43,358 bases of DNA from contig DKGK01000079.1 in NCBI GenBank assembly GCA_002453265.1, forward strand, positions 2,486 to 45,843, read 5' to 3'. The stretch is from Flavobacteriales bacterium UBA6772. Its GTDB lineage: Bacteria > Bacteroidota > Bacteroidia > Flavobacteriales > UBA7430. The translations under genes and the position numbers were made by a program. Shown here piece after piece: positions 34,348 to 42,831 of this stretch. Below the pieces are notes generated by a model. It made no database searches. It had not been told where the DNA came from and saw only the letters and a program-made list of their open reading frames with translations. Position 1 is the stretch's first letter; each line of letters begins with the position of its first letter.

Positions 34348-35665
34348 ACTTAGCGCACTCTTTCGACTTTGTAACAATATCGATTATAGAAACACCGTAC
34401 ATATAGTTTCCTAAAATAATTAAATTTGTTGGACTTGTATTTTCAATTCGCTTAACTCTATCTAAATGACCTTTTTCATATTGCGGAATTGCTTTCTCCA
34501 ATAATCGAAGCTCTTGTTTGTCAATCTTAATTTCTTTTCCAAAAACCTTAGCCAAAAACAATTTGGTTTCATTTTCCAAATCCATCGTTTTTAACTTTGC
34601 AAACGTATAACGAGCACCTCCTAACATAACTGTATTCACATGAAACCCTTTTGAGCCATGTATAGGAAAGGTATTAGAATTTGCTACCATTCCTAAAACA
34701 ACAGACTTTTCTTTTGAAGGAACTAAAAAGCCAAAACCATCAAAATTAAGCTGTGACTTTTGAAACTGAAAGTTTAAGACACCAACGGGAGAATAGTTAA
34801 TTGCATTTAATTCTTTTGCCATTTGATCTGTAACAAAAGCACTGAGCTTATATGCTGGGATAGTAGATATTAATGAATCATAGTGGTAAGAGATTCCATT
34901 TTCGCAAACCAAAGAGGAAGCTTCAAAATTTATAGATTTAACATTTGTTTCGTAAACTATAGAATCACTGAACTCTTCTTTGAGTTTATTAACAAGTGTT
35001 TGAACTCCGTTTTTAAAACTAAACAAAGCCTTAGAAGTAATTTCTTTTGGGTAAGCTTTTGCATCTACAGAGGCAGGTTTATAACCAAACATAGATTTTA
35101 TAATAGAACCTTTTCTGGCTTCTAGCTTCTTTAAAAAGGGTAAAGTAGCAGAGATACTCATTTTAGAAATATCTCCAGCCCAAATACCACTTACCATGCT
35201 ATCGAAAAATAAACGTCTTAAATCCTCTCCAAAATGCCTATCAACAAATTCTGCTATAGTTTCATCATCTTCAACTTTTTCTGCTTTTAAATCCTTTAAA
35301 AACGCTTTTAATATTAAACCTAAATAGGGGGATCTTAAAAATGAAAATAATGAATGTGGTAAAATCTGCAATTTATTATCGTGATAGAGATACCGTTTTT
35401 TTGCTTTATCATCAGCAAAAACCAATTCATCCCATAAACCTAAATCCTCAACCATTTCTAAAACAAGCTGACCATTTCCTTTTGGACGAACACCTCTAGG
35501 GCCCCATTCTACAGTGCAATCCCCAAACTCATTAGACGCTATAACTCCGCCAGAACTTTTCAGGTCTTCTAAAATTATTAATTCGGCTGTAGGATGATAC
35601 TTTTTAAGGTAATACGCAACCGACAAACCTGTAATGCCTGATCCTAAAATGCAAATTTTCGACAT
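34337..35665 (-). CDS. hemY: Protoporphyrinogen oxidase (FAD-dependent, HemY-type)
   Basis: 442 aa. N-terminal GSGITGLS FAD motif, an amine-oxidase-like fold and a C-terminal NYMYGVSI block, as in HemY/PPOX. Confidence 0.75.
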   Translation of the reverse strand: MSKICILGSGITGLSVAYYLKKYHPTAELIILEDLKSSGGVIASNEFGDCTVEWGPRGVRPKGNGQLVLEMVEDLGLWDELVFADDKAKKRYLYHDNKLQILPHSLFSFLRSPYLGLILKAFLKDLKAEKVEDDETIAEFVDRHFGEDLRRLFFDSMVSGIWAGDISKMSISATLPFLKKLEARKGSIIKSMFGYKPASVDAKAYPKEITSKALFSFKNGVQTLVNKLKEEFSDSIVYETNVKSINFEASSLVCENGISYHYDSLISTIPAYKLSAFVTDQMAKELNAINYSPVGVLNFQFQKSQLNFDGFGFLVPSKEKSVVLGMVANSNTFPIHGSKGFHVNTVMLGGARYTFAKLKTMDLENETKLFLAKVFGKEIKIDKQELRLLEKAIPQYEKGHLDRVKRIENTSPTNLIILGNYMYGVSIIDIVTKSKECAKSIQ

Positions 35666-35666
35666 A

Positions 35667-35936
35667 CTATAAAGTTATAACGCCATGAATTTTCGAAGCT
35701 TTCTCGTACACTGAAATAATTTCATCAGGACTAAGCATTACTTCCTTAACTGAAATTGAAATAAAAGCTCCTTTTGAAGATTCTTTTCTAATAATTTCGG
35801 CCTTTTCAGGCTGAAATAAACTTTCTATTTGAGCGATTTTCTGTAAATCTGACTTCACTATAAACTTAAACATATATACGCTAGGAAAGCTTAACTCGCC
35901 AAGACGTTCACGTAAACTATCAAAATCCATGTTCAT
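35667..35936 (-). CDS. DUF493 (YbeD-like) family protein
   Basis: 89 aa. FPSVYMFKFIV and SSKGAFISISVKEV blocks resemble the YbeD/DUF493 pattern (FPc.y.fKviG ... S.GkY.s.tv). It ends 1 nt before hemY starts. Confidence 0.5.
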   Translation of the reverse strand: MNMDFDSLRERLGELSFPSVYMFKFIVKSDLQKIAQIESLFQPEKAEIIRKESSKGAFISISVKEVMLSPDEIISVYEKASKIHGVITL

Positions 35937-36012
35937 AAAATAATTTTAAACAAATTTACAAAGCTTATTAAAACACAAGGCAAAGGTCGGGCTTTTTTAT
36001 AAATTTGTTTTT

Positions 36013-36555
36013 ATGATAAAACGCATTGCCATTTCAGGTGCTCCAGGAACTGGAAAAACAAGTCTAATAGAAGGACTCTCTATGCATGGATATAAATGCC
36101 ACGCTGAAGTTTCGAGAGAAATTATTGCTGAACAATTTAAAATTGGTGGAGATATTACTCCATGGAAAGACCTAGACGCTTTTAGCGAACTCGTAATTGA
36201 CGAGCGAATAAAGCAATTTAAACAAGCAAAAGAAGAAATAGAATTTTTCGATAGAACTATTATCGACTCCTTTGCTTACTTATTAAAGGATGCTTTACCA
36301 ATCACAAACAAATGGGATGGCTTGGCAAAAGAGTATCGGTATTCGAAAACAGCTTTTATTACACCTCCTTGGGAAAGTATTTATAAAAGTGATTCTGAAC
36401 GAATGGAAGATTTCGAAACAGCTACTTCTATACACGAATTCATGATTAAAGCTTACGAATTATACGATTACGAAATTGTATTAATTCCTAAAGTGAGTGT
36501 TTCTGAAAGAATAAAATTTATACTTAAACATATTGAGTACGCTAGATTTACATAA
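36013..36555 (+). CDS. AAA_28-type P-loop ATPase (NadR C-terminal domain-like)
   Basis: 180 aa. Walker A at the extreme N-terminus (ISGAPGTGKTS), a Walker B-like FFDRT, and the size and layout of the small predicted-ATPase family. Confidence 0.65.
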   Translation: MIKRIAISGAPGTGKTSLIEGLSMHGYKCHAEVSREIIAEQFKIGGDITPWKDLDAFSELVIDERIKQFKQAKEEIEFFDRTIIDSFAYLLKDALPITNKWDGLAKEYRYSKTAFITPPWESIYKSDSERMEDFETATSIHEFMIKAYELYDYEIVLIPKVSVSERIKFILKHIEYARFT

Positions 36556-38437
36556 ACTACTTAAAAAATACTGGGGCTTCGATTCATTTCGACCAAAGCA
36601 GGAAGAAATAATCAATAGTATTTTAGAGAAAAGAGATACCCTTGCTCTGCTACCAACTGGTGGAGGGAAATCTATGTGCTATCAAATTCCTGCACTTGCA
36701 TCAAAAGGAGTCTGTATTGTTATTTCTCCTTTGGTAGCATTAATGAAGGATCAAGTTTCTCAATTAAAAAAACGCAATATTAAAGCCATTGCATTAACTG
36801 GCGGCATGCGACATTCTGAAATTGACATCGCATTAGATAATTGTGTTTATGGGAATATAAAACTCCTTTATTTATCACCAGAAAGATTACAGTCTGAGAT
36901 TGTTTTAGAACGTATTCAAAAAATGAATATTAGTTTAGTTGCGGTAGATGAAGCTCATTGTATTTCTCAGTGGGGGTACGATTTTAGACCCTCTTATTTG
37001 AATATTGCAGAAATCCGCAATTTAATTCCTAAGGCACCAATTTTAGCTCTTACAGCCACAGCCACTAAAGAAGTGACGGCAGATATACAAAAGAAACTAA
37101 ACTTTAAGAATGCCTTAGTTTTACAAAATAGCTTTAACAGAAGTAACCTAGCTTATATGGTTTTAGAAGAAAATCATAAAATGGATAGGCTACAAAAAAT
37201 GCTTACACGTATAAAAGGGTCTTCTATAATATATGTAAGAAGTAGAAAAAGAGCTTATGAGTTAAGTTCGGAACTTAACTACATTGGTATAAAATCACTT
37301 TACTACCACGCAGGATTATCTTCGGATGAAAGAAGTGAAAATCAAGAAAAGTGGATGAATAATTCTGTACGTGTAATGGTGGCTACAAACGCTTTTGGAA
37401 TGGGAATAGATAAACCAGACGTACGCTTAGTAGTTCATCTACAGAATCCAAATAGTTTAGAGGCGTATTTTCAAGAAGCAGGTAGAGCAGGTAGAGATGG
37501 ATTAAAATCGTTTGCAGTTAATTTATACCAGAAATCGGATTTAGAAACAGCTTTAAGTAGGTTTGAAGAAAATTATCCATCCTCCAAAGAAGTTCGACTT
37601 ATTTACCAAAAGCTTGCCAACTACTTACAACTAGCCATTGGTGATGGATACGAACAGACCTATGATTTCTCGATTGATGAATTTTGTGAACACAATAAAT
37701 TATCCTCTGAGAAATGCTTAAAAGCATTTAATATTCTAGAAAAAGAAAATCACCTTAAATTTGAAAGCTACAACAGTCAGTTGTCAACGCTACAAATTAT
37801 TGTTCACGCATCTGTAATAATAAACTACCAAACAAACAGCACTAAAAAAAGTGAATTATTACAATTAATACTTCGAGTATATCCCAATATTTTTGATGAA
37901 CCCGCAGAGATTCATGAACGTAAATTAGCACTTCAAATAAACAAAGACAGTAATTATATACATAAAACTTTAGGACAACTAAGTCAAGAAAAAGTTATAG
38001 ACTACAAACCTCGAAATAACCGAGGTAGTATAACTTACATCTCAGCTCGTCATGAAAGCAAACATCTACCATTAGCCAAAACACATTTTGAAGAAAGAAA
38101 AAAATTATTAGTAGGTAAACTAAAAAGCATGAATGACTATACCTCTAATTCCGAAGTCTGCAGATCTAGAATTCTACTAGATTATTTTGACGAGAAGAAT
38201 AGTAAGGACTGCGGTATTTGTGATGTGTGTGTGTCTAAAGAAACGAGTACAAGTGATTTTAAAAATAAAATTAAAGAAGAACTTCTTAAGCGTTTAAAAA
38301 TTAAACCAATTTACATTAGTACTTTTGTGGCACAATACAGCAAACTAAAAGAGCTTGTTATTATTGAAGAAATAAAACAACTTCTTGAAGAAAATATCCT
38401 TACCAAAAATGGTGATAAAATAGAATTGAATGAATAG
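36533..38437 (+). CDS. recQ: RecQ family ATP-dependent DNA helicase (short form, no obvious HRDC)
   Basis: 634 aa. Motif 0/I (FRPKQEEII, PTGGGKS), DEAH box (VAVDEAHCISQWGYDFRP), motif VI (QEAGRAGRDG) and a RecQ zinc finger (CRSRILLDYF...CGICDVC). There is no in-frame ATG before helicase motif I, so the start must be non-ATG (TTG 36533). Confidence 0.88.
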   Translation: MSTLDLHKLLKKYWGFDSFRPKQEEIINSILEKRDTLALLPTGGGKSMCYQIPALASKGVCIVISPLVALMKDQVSQLKKRNIKAIALTGGMRHSEIDIALDNCVYGNIKLLYLSPERLQSEIVLERIQKMNISLVAVDEAHCISQWGYDFRPSYLNIAEIRNLIPKAPILALTATATKEVTADIQKKLNFKNALVLQNSFNRSNLAYMVLEENHKMDRLQKMLTRIKGSSIIYVRSRKRAYELSSELNYIGIKSLYYHAGLSSDERSENQEKWMNNSVRVMVATNAFGMGIDKPDVRLVVHLQNPNSLEAYFQEAGRAGRDGLKSFAVNLYQKSDLETALSRFEENYPSSKEVRLIYQKLANYLQLAIGDGYEQTYDFSIDEFCEHNKLSSEKCLKAFNILEKENHLKFESYNSQLSTLQIIVHASVIINYQTNSTKKSELLQLILRVYPNIFDEPAEIHERKLALQINKDSNYIHKTLGQLSQEKVIDYKPRNNRGSITYISARHESKHLPLAKTHFEERKKLLVGKLKSMNDYTSNSEVCRSRILLDYFDEKNSKDCGICDVCVSKETSTSDFKNKIKEELLKRLKIKPIYISTFVAQYSKLKELVIIEEIKQLLEENILTKNGDKIELNE

Positions 38438-39383
38438 CGAAAAGAAAATTGTATTTATGGGAACGCCAAAATTTGCAGTGGAATCCCTAAAGAATGTTCA
38501 CGAAAGTGGTTATAATATAGTAGGTGTTATTTGTCCACCAGACAGACCTGCAGGAAGAGGACATAAACTTAAAGCCTGTGACGTAAAAAAGTACGCACTT
38601 TCTCAAAACTTTAACATCTTACAGCCAGATAAGTTAAAAAATATTGATTTCTTAAAAGAGTTAAAATCTTTAGATGCCGATTTATTTATAATCGTTGCTT
38701 TTAGAATGCTACCAAAAGAAGTCTGGTCAATGCCAAAATACGGCACCTTTAACATACATGGATCTTTACTGCCACATTACCGTGGAGCTGCTCCAATTAA
38801 TTGGGCAATTATGAATGGGGAAACTAAAACTGGAGTTACTTCATTTTTTATTGATGAGAAAATTGACACTGGTGCAACGCTATTATATAAGAATTGCAAA
38901 ATAGGAGAAAATGACAATGTAGGTGACATTCACGATAAATTAATGGTTTTAGGTGCTCAATTAGCAACCGAGACTTGTGATGCCATTTTCAGTAATAATG
39001 TAAAACCTGAAATTCAAGTAGAATCATCTGAGCTAAAGGAAGCTCCAAAACTATTTAAAGACAATTGCAGAATAGACTGGACAAAAGATACATTTAGCAT
39101 ACATAACCATATTAGAGGACTTTCTCCTTATCCTGTAGCATGGACAAAATTTATACAAGAAGGTTGTGAAGATCTGATAATGAAAATTCACAAAAGCAAT
39201 CATACAATTTGTGAACACGAGAAAGAAATTAGTGATATTGAATTCTGTAAAACAGATCTAAAAATCTACACAATAGATGGTTATATTTCAGTCATTGAAA
39301 TTCAATCTCCAGGGAAAAAGAAAATGGATATAAAGTCCTTTTTAAATGGTTATTCTCTAGAAAAAGATATTAAAGCTTGTTAG
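38430..39383 (+). CDS. fmt: Methionyl-tRNA formyltransferase
   Basis: 317 aa. IVFMGTP N-terminus, the HGSLLPHYRGAAPI catalytic block and a C-terminal Fmt domain. It overlaps recQ by 8 nt. Confidence 0.92.
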   Translation: MNSEKKIVFMGTPKFAVESLKNVHESGYNIVGVICPPDRPAGRGHKLKACDVKKYALSQNFNILQPDKLKNIDFLKELKSLDADLFIIVAFRMLPKEVWSMPKYGTFNIHGSLLPHYRGAAPINWAIMNGETKTGVTSFFIDEKIDTGATLLYKNCKIGENDNVGDIHDKLMVLGAQLATETCDAIFSNNVKPEIQVESSELKEAPKLFKDNCRIDWTKDTFSIHNHIRGLSPYPVAWTKFIQEGCEDLIMKIHKSNHTICEHEKEISDIEFCKTDLKIYTIDGYISVIEIQSPGKKKMDIKSFLNGYSLEKDIKAC

Positions 39384-39507
39384 GTACTATTGTCACTCAT
39401 TTTTAATAAAATGAATATTTCAACCCCATACTTATCAACATTCAAGCACTCTTATTAACAAAGTGACGTATTTAATGGGTTAAACTTGCACAATCTCAAC
39501 AATAGTC

Positions 39508-39515
39508 TATATTTG
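39508..39515 (+). promoter_or_regulatory. Candidate -7 promoter element (TATATTTG) for the HU gene, with an upstream TTG
   Basis: Exact TAnnTTTG match. The final G lies 51 nt before the ATG at 39566. A TTG (39486..39488) sits about 20 nt upstream, as expected for the Bacteroidota -33 element. Confidence 0.45.
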
Positions 39516-39565
39516 TAGAGCATTACAAAAAAATATTAATTTTCAACCTTAAAAACTGTTTACTT

Positions 39566-39838
39566 ATGAACAAGTCTGAATTAATCGACGCTATGGCCAG
39601 CGATGCTGGAATTTCTAAAGCTGCTGCAAAATTAGCGTTGGATTCTTTTACAGAATCTGTAGCCGGAACTCTTGCTAAAGGTGATAAAGTTGCCCTTGTT
39701 GGTTTTGGATCATTTTCAATTTCAGCTCGTGCTGCTAGAGAAGGTCGTAATCCACAAACTGGTAAAACTATTCAAATCGCTGCTAAGAATGTTGTAAAAT
39801 TCAAAGCTGGTGCTGATTTAAGCGGAAAAGTAAACTAA
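39566..39838 (+). CDS. hup: HU family DNA-binding protein
   Basis: 90 aa. MNKSELI start and the GFGSF...R.GRNPQTG arm motif diagnostic of HU/IHF. Confidence 0.92.
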   Translation: MNKSELIDAMASDAGISKAAAKLALDSFTESVAGTLAKGDKVALVGFGSFSISARAAREGRNPQTGKTIQIAAKNVVKFKAGADLSGKVN

Positions 39839-39856
39839 TTACTTTTTTACCAAAAT

Positions 39857-39887
39857 AAAAAAACCCCGCAAATGCGAGGTTTTTTTT
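39857..39887 (+). terminator. Intrinsic terminator after the HU gene (possibly shared with the convergent gene)
   Basis: A-run, a CCCCGC / GCGAGG stem (one mismatch) with an AAAT loop, then a T-run. Confidence 0.7.
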
Positions 39888-40010
39888 GTGCCCAAATTTA
39901 AATATCTAAATGATTCTTTAAGTTGTTTGAAATGTTTAAGAAAATGAGTAAGAACCAATTTTTCAGGTCGTATATTTTAATTGATACTCAAATTTAGATA
40001 AATTGTAAAT

Positions 40011-41297
40011 TTAAAACATCCCCTTACTAGAAATCTTACTTATTCCTAAAAGGCGATCGTAGCCATAATCGTAATCGTATAAATATACAAATACATAGTA
40101 ATCTTGACTCGTTTGGAAATAATCGCCATCTACCAGAGTTTGACTAGGGATTTGAGATTCTTCAGGCACAAACAAATAGGTATAATTATAATAGCCCTGT
40201 TTGAGCAATAATGAGGTTTCATAACATTCAGCTTCTTCATTATAATTAAGTTTAGCCGAATTTTCTATACTCCAATTGGTAAGAGCTCCATATATATATA
40301 AAGATCCCTTATCAACAAAAGGCTTCTGCTTTAAACAAAAATTTACCCAAACATAATCAGCTTCTGTATTATTATTGTTTCGCTCCATTATGTTGGGAAC
40401 ATAGTAACCTTCTATATCCTGGTAAAAACTATAAGACTGATTTCCCCATGGGTAATCTGGGTATAAAAATACAATATCTGTAGAGTCGTGAATTATATTC
40501 TGTACACGCTCTGTGAAGAACCGCACACTTTTAGTATCGAAAAAACGGTACTCATTTCCTGCTTTAAAACTAGACTCATTATCGAAATCGTATATTAATT
40601 TTTTTTTCTCTACAAAACTTGGCTGTAAATCTGTAATCACCTTATCCCATCTATGTCCTTGGTAAATAGCAATAGTAACATCCTGAATAGGATTTACATA
40701 ATCTACATTTGTAAAATTAACAGTTAAGTCAATTTCGTGTTCACTAAAACGAGTACTAGCAAAAGTAGCCTGTTTAATAGCAGCACCAACCAAAAGCTGT
40801 TCACTATAAACCATAAAACGCTTGGTAAATAATACTTTATTTTTGGCATCAGGGTTGTAAACTGTTATTATATAATTGCCAGATTTGGTAAATGTAAAAT
40901 CTTCGTTTGGAAAAATTAATTCATAGTGAACATAAGACTGTTTCGTGTTAAAAGAGAATTCGTAGTTGTTAATATAGTTTTCATAGAATCCGGACAAATA
41001 CTCACTAGGGTGTAAATCTGAAACGGTCCAATTGGCATTACAATGACGGATACCGTACATATAATCTTGAGCATTAAAATCTAAATCGTCGAATTGTAAA
41101 CGCAAAGCTTGACCAGAACCAAGAGCAATTAACGGAAAATCCAGCAGCGATTCAAAGGGAGTAAGCATACATGTACGTACCTTATTATAATGAATAGAAT
41201 CTTGTAAATACAAGCCAGACTCCCACTCTGGCTGAGCATCAGCTTTATAAAAAAGTAGGATTACAAAAACATAAAACACAGAAAATAAACCTTTCAT
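40011..41297 (-). CDS. DUF5103 family protein (T9SS plug protein-like)
   Basis: 428 aa with a signal peptide. N-terminal region with the LQFDDL...Y.Y...HC..W pattern I associate with DUF5103 / T9SS_plug_1st. C-terminal CBM20/48-like segment (LYIYGALTNWS...LLKQGYYNYTYLFV). The family call is from memory. Confidence 0.55.
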   Translation of the reverse strand: MKGLFSVFYVFVILLFYKADAQPEWESGLYLQDSIHYNKVRTCMLTPFESLLDFPLIALGSGQALRLQFDDLDFNAQDYMYGIRHCNANWTVSDLHPSEYLSGFYENYINNYEFSFNTKQSYVHYELIFPNEDFTFTKSGNYIITVYNPDAKNKVLFTKRFMVYSEQLLVGAAIKQATFASTRFSEHEIDLTVNFTNVDYVNPIQDVTIAIYQGHRWDKVITDLQPSFVEKKKLIYDFDNESSFKAGNEYRFFDTKSVRFFTERVQNIIHDSTDIVFLYPDYPWGNQSYSFYQDIEGYYVPNIMERNNNNTEADYVWVNFCLKQKPFVDKGSLYIYGALTNWSIENSAKLNYNEEAECYETSLLLKQGYYNYTYLFVPEESQIPSQTLVDGDYFQTSQDYYVFVYLYDYDYGYDRLLGISKISSKGMF

Positions 41298-41420
41298 TGT
41301 AGTAGCTATTTAATAGCTTAAAATTACATTTTATTTTATCTTTGAAACAATAAACACTGAAGACTTATATTTATTCATTCTAAATAAAATAAGACTACTG
41401 ATTTAGACCTTTTAAATTCA

Positions 41421-41428
41421 TACTTTTG
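41421..41428 (+). promoter_or_regulatory. Candidate -7 promoter element (TACTTTTG) for the nqr operon
   Basis: Exact TAnnTTTG match. The final G lies 41 nt before the ATG at 41469. Confidence 0.45.
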
Positions 41429-41468
41429 CCATTCAAAATTTAGGATTAATCAATCTCTCATAATAGGC

Positions 41469-42821
41469 ATGTCTAAAGACATTCGTATAAAAAAAGGCAT
41501 AAGCATTAAGCTGACAGGTTCAGCTGATCGTGTATATGCCAATATTCCAACTTCGGAATATTTCGTTGTAAAGCCGAGCGATTTTATTGGGTTAACACCA
41601 AAACTAGCAGTTAAAGTTGGTGATAAGGTACAAGCAGGAACTTCTTTATTTTTCGATAAGGAAAACCCTTCTGTAGTTATCACATCTCCTGTAAGTGGTG
41701 AGATCTCAGAAATTCGCCGTGGTGAAAAAAGAAAAATTCTTAGTGTGGTGATAAAAGCTGATGCTGAAATCACTTATAAAGAATTCTCTAAAGCAGAAGC
41801 AAAAGAAGTATCGCGTGAGCAAATCATTGAACAGATGTTAGCTGCCGGTGTTTGGCCATTTGTACGTCAGCGTCCTTACGCTGTTATTGCAAATCCAGCC
41901 GATATGCCAAAGGCAGTATTTATCTCTGCTTTCGACACCTCACCTTTAGCTTGCGATAGTGACTTTATTTTACACGGTATGGAAAAAGAATTCCAAGCTG
42001 GATTAGACATCGTATCAAAACTTACTAAAGGTACAACGCACCTAAACATCGACGGAAATTCAAATTCTTCATCGGTATTTACTAATGCTAAAGGTGTACA
42101 GATAAACAATGTCTCTGGACAACATCCTGCTGGAAATGTAGGTGTACAAATTCATCATATAGATCCTATTAATAAAGGAGAAGTTGTTTGGTATATGTAC
42201 CCACAAGATGTTATTGCTATAGGACGTTTATTTAGCCAAGGTAAATACGACGCTACCCGCTTAATAGCTTTAGCTGGTTCACAAGTACAAAAACCTCGCT
42301 ACTATAGAAGTATGCAAGGTGCTTCTATTACGACAATGACAAAAGGAAATATTAAGGATGGTGAGAGCCGTTTTATTAGTGGAAATGTTCTTACAGGAAA
42401 TCATATTACTGAAGATGGAAACTTAGGTTTCTACCACAATGAAGTTTCTGTTATTCCAGAAGGTAAAGAACAAGATTTCTTAGGTTGGTTACTTCCTGGT
42501 TTCAACAAGTTCTCATTATCTAGAACTTTCTTCTCTTGGATTAATCCAAAGAAAGAATACGCTATCACTGCCAACATGAACGGTGAAGAACGCGCTTATG
42601 TCGTTACTGGACAGTACGAAAATGTATTGCCTATGGACGTATACCCTCAGCACTTAATAAAAGCAATTATGATTGGTGATATTGAGTTGATGGAGAATTT
42701 AGGAATTTATGAAGTTGCAGAAGAAGATTTCGCTTTATGTGAATTTTCGTGTACTTCTAAAATACCTGTTCAAGAAATTCTTCGTGAAGGTTTAGACTTG
42801 GTAAGAAAAGAATGTAGCTAA
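41469..42821 (+). CDS. nqrA: Na(+)-translocating NADH-quinone reductase subunit A
   Basis: 450 aa. N-terminus IRIKKG...KL.G and the overall NqrA pattern, followed directly by nqrB. Confidence 0.92.
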   Translation: MSKDIRIKKGISIKLTGSADRVYANIPTSEYFVVKPSDFIGLTPKLAVKVGDKVQAGTSLFFDKENPSVVITSPVSGEISEIRRGEKRKILSVVIKADAEITYKEFSKAEAKEVSREQIIEQMLAAGVWPFVRQRPYAVIANPADMPKAVFISAFDTSPLACDSDFILHGMEKEFQAGLDIVSKLTKGTTHLNIDGNSNSSSVFTNAKGVQINNVSGQHPAGNVGVQIHHIDPINKGEVVWYMYPQDVIAIGRLFSQGKYDATRLIALAGSQVQKPRYYRSMQGASITTMTKGNIKDGESRFISGNVLTGNHITEDGNLGFYHNEVSVIPEGKEQDFLGWLLPGFNKFSLSRTFFSWINPKKEYAITANMNGEERAYVVTGQYENVLPMDVYPQHLIKAIMIGDIELMENLGIYEVAEEDFALCEFSCTSKIPVQEILREGLDLVRKECS

Positions 42822-42831
42822 AGACAAAACC

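Noticed and set aside
36013-38437. Overlapping small P-loop ATPase plus RecQ-family helicase considered as a possible two-gene defence system.
   Set aside because: There is no nuclease, methylase, sensor or toxin-like partner and no flanking mobile or accessory genes. The helicase has a complete housekeeping RecQ core with zinc finger and is followed by fmt in an overlapping arrangement. As far as I recall, this neighbourhood is conserved core genome in Flavobacteriia.
39935-39988. 17-codon ORF (MSKNQFFRSYILIDTQI) in the hup / DUF5103 convergent spacer.
   Set aside because: It is too short, has no promoter-like motif or conservation evidence, and lies in a region expected to hold only 3' untranslated sequence.
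40599-40607. Nine-T homopolymer (A9 on the coding strand, encoding KKK) inside the DUF5103 gene, considered as a phase-variation slippage tract.
   Set aside because: Runs of this length are common in AT-rich genomes and simply encode lysines here. Nothing suggests an alternative frame with a meaningful product.
352-42109. All short ORFs in the track that lie antisense to, or out of frame within, long well-supported genes. These are 352..561, 3181..3510, 3592..3915, 5557..5835, 6475..6792, 7535..7756, 8154..8369, 9543..9743, 10615..10845, 13826..14122, 15089..15298, 15667..15864, 21108..21311, 21674..21898, 25651..25905, 31094..31327, 31918..32178, 32833..33021, 34883..35125, 41450..41773 and 41876..42109.
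   Set aside because: Each is fully or largely nested in a gene with strong family motifs on the other strand or frame. Their translations are low-complexity and rich in Ser, Leu, Ile, Phe and Cys, as expected from shadow frames in AT-rich DNA. None has its own promoter or terminator signals.
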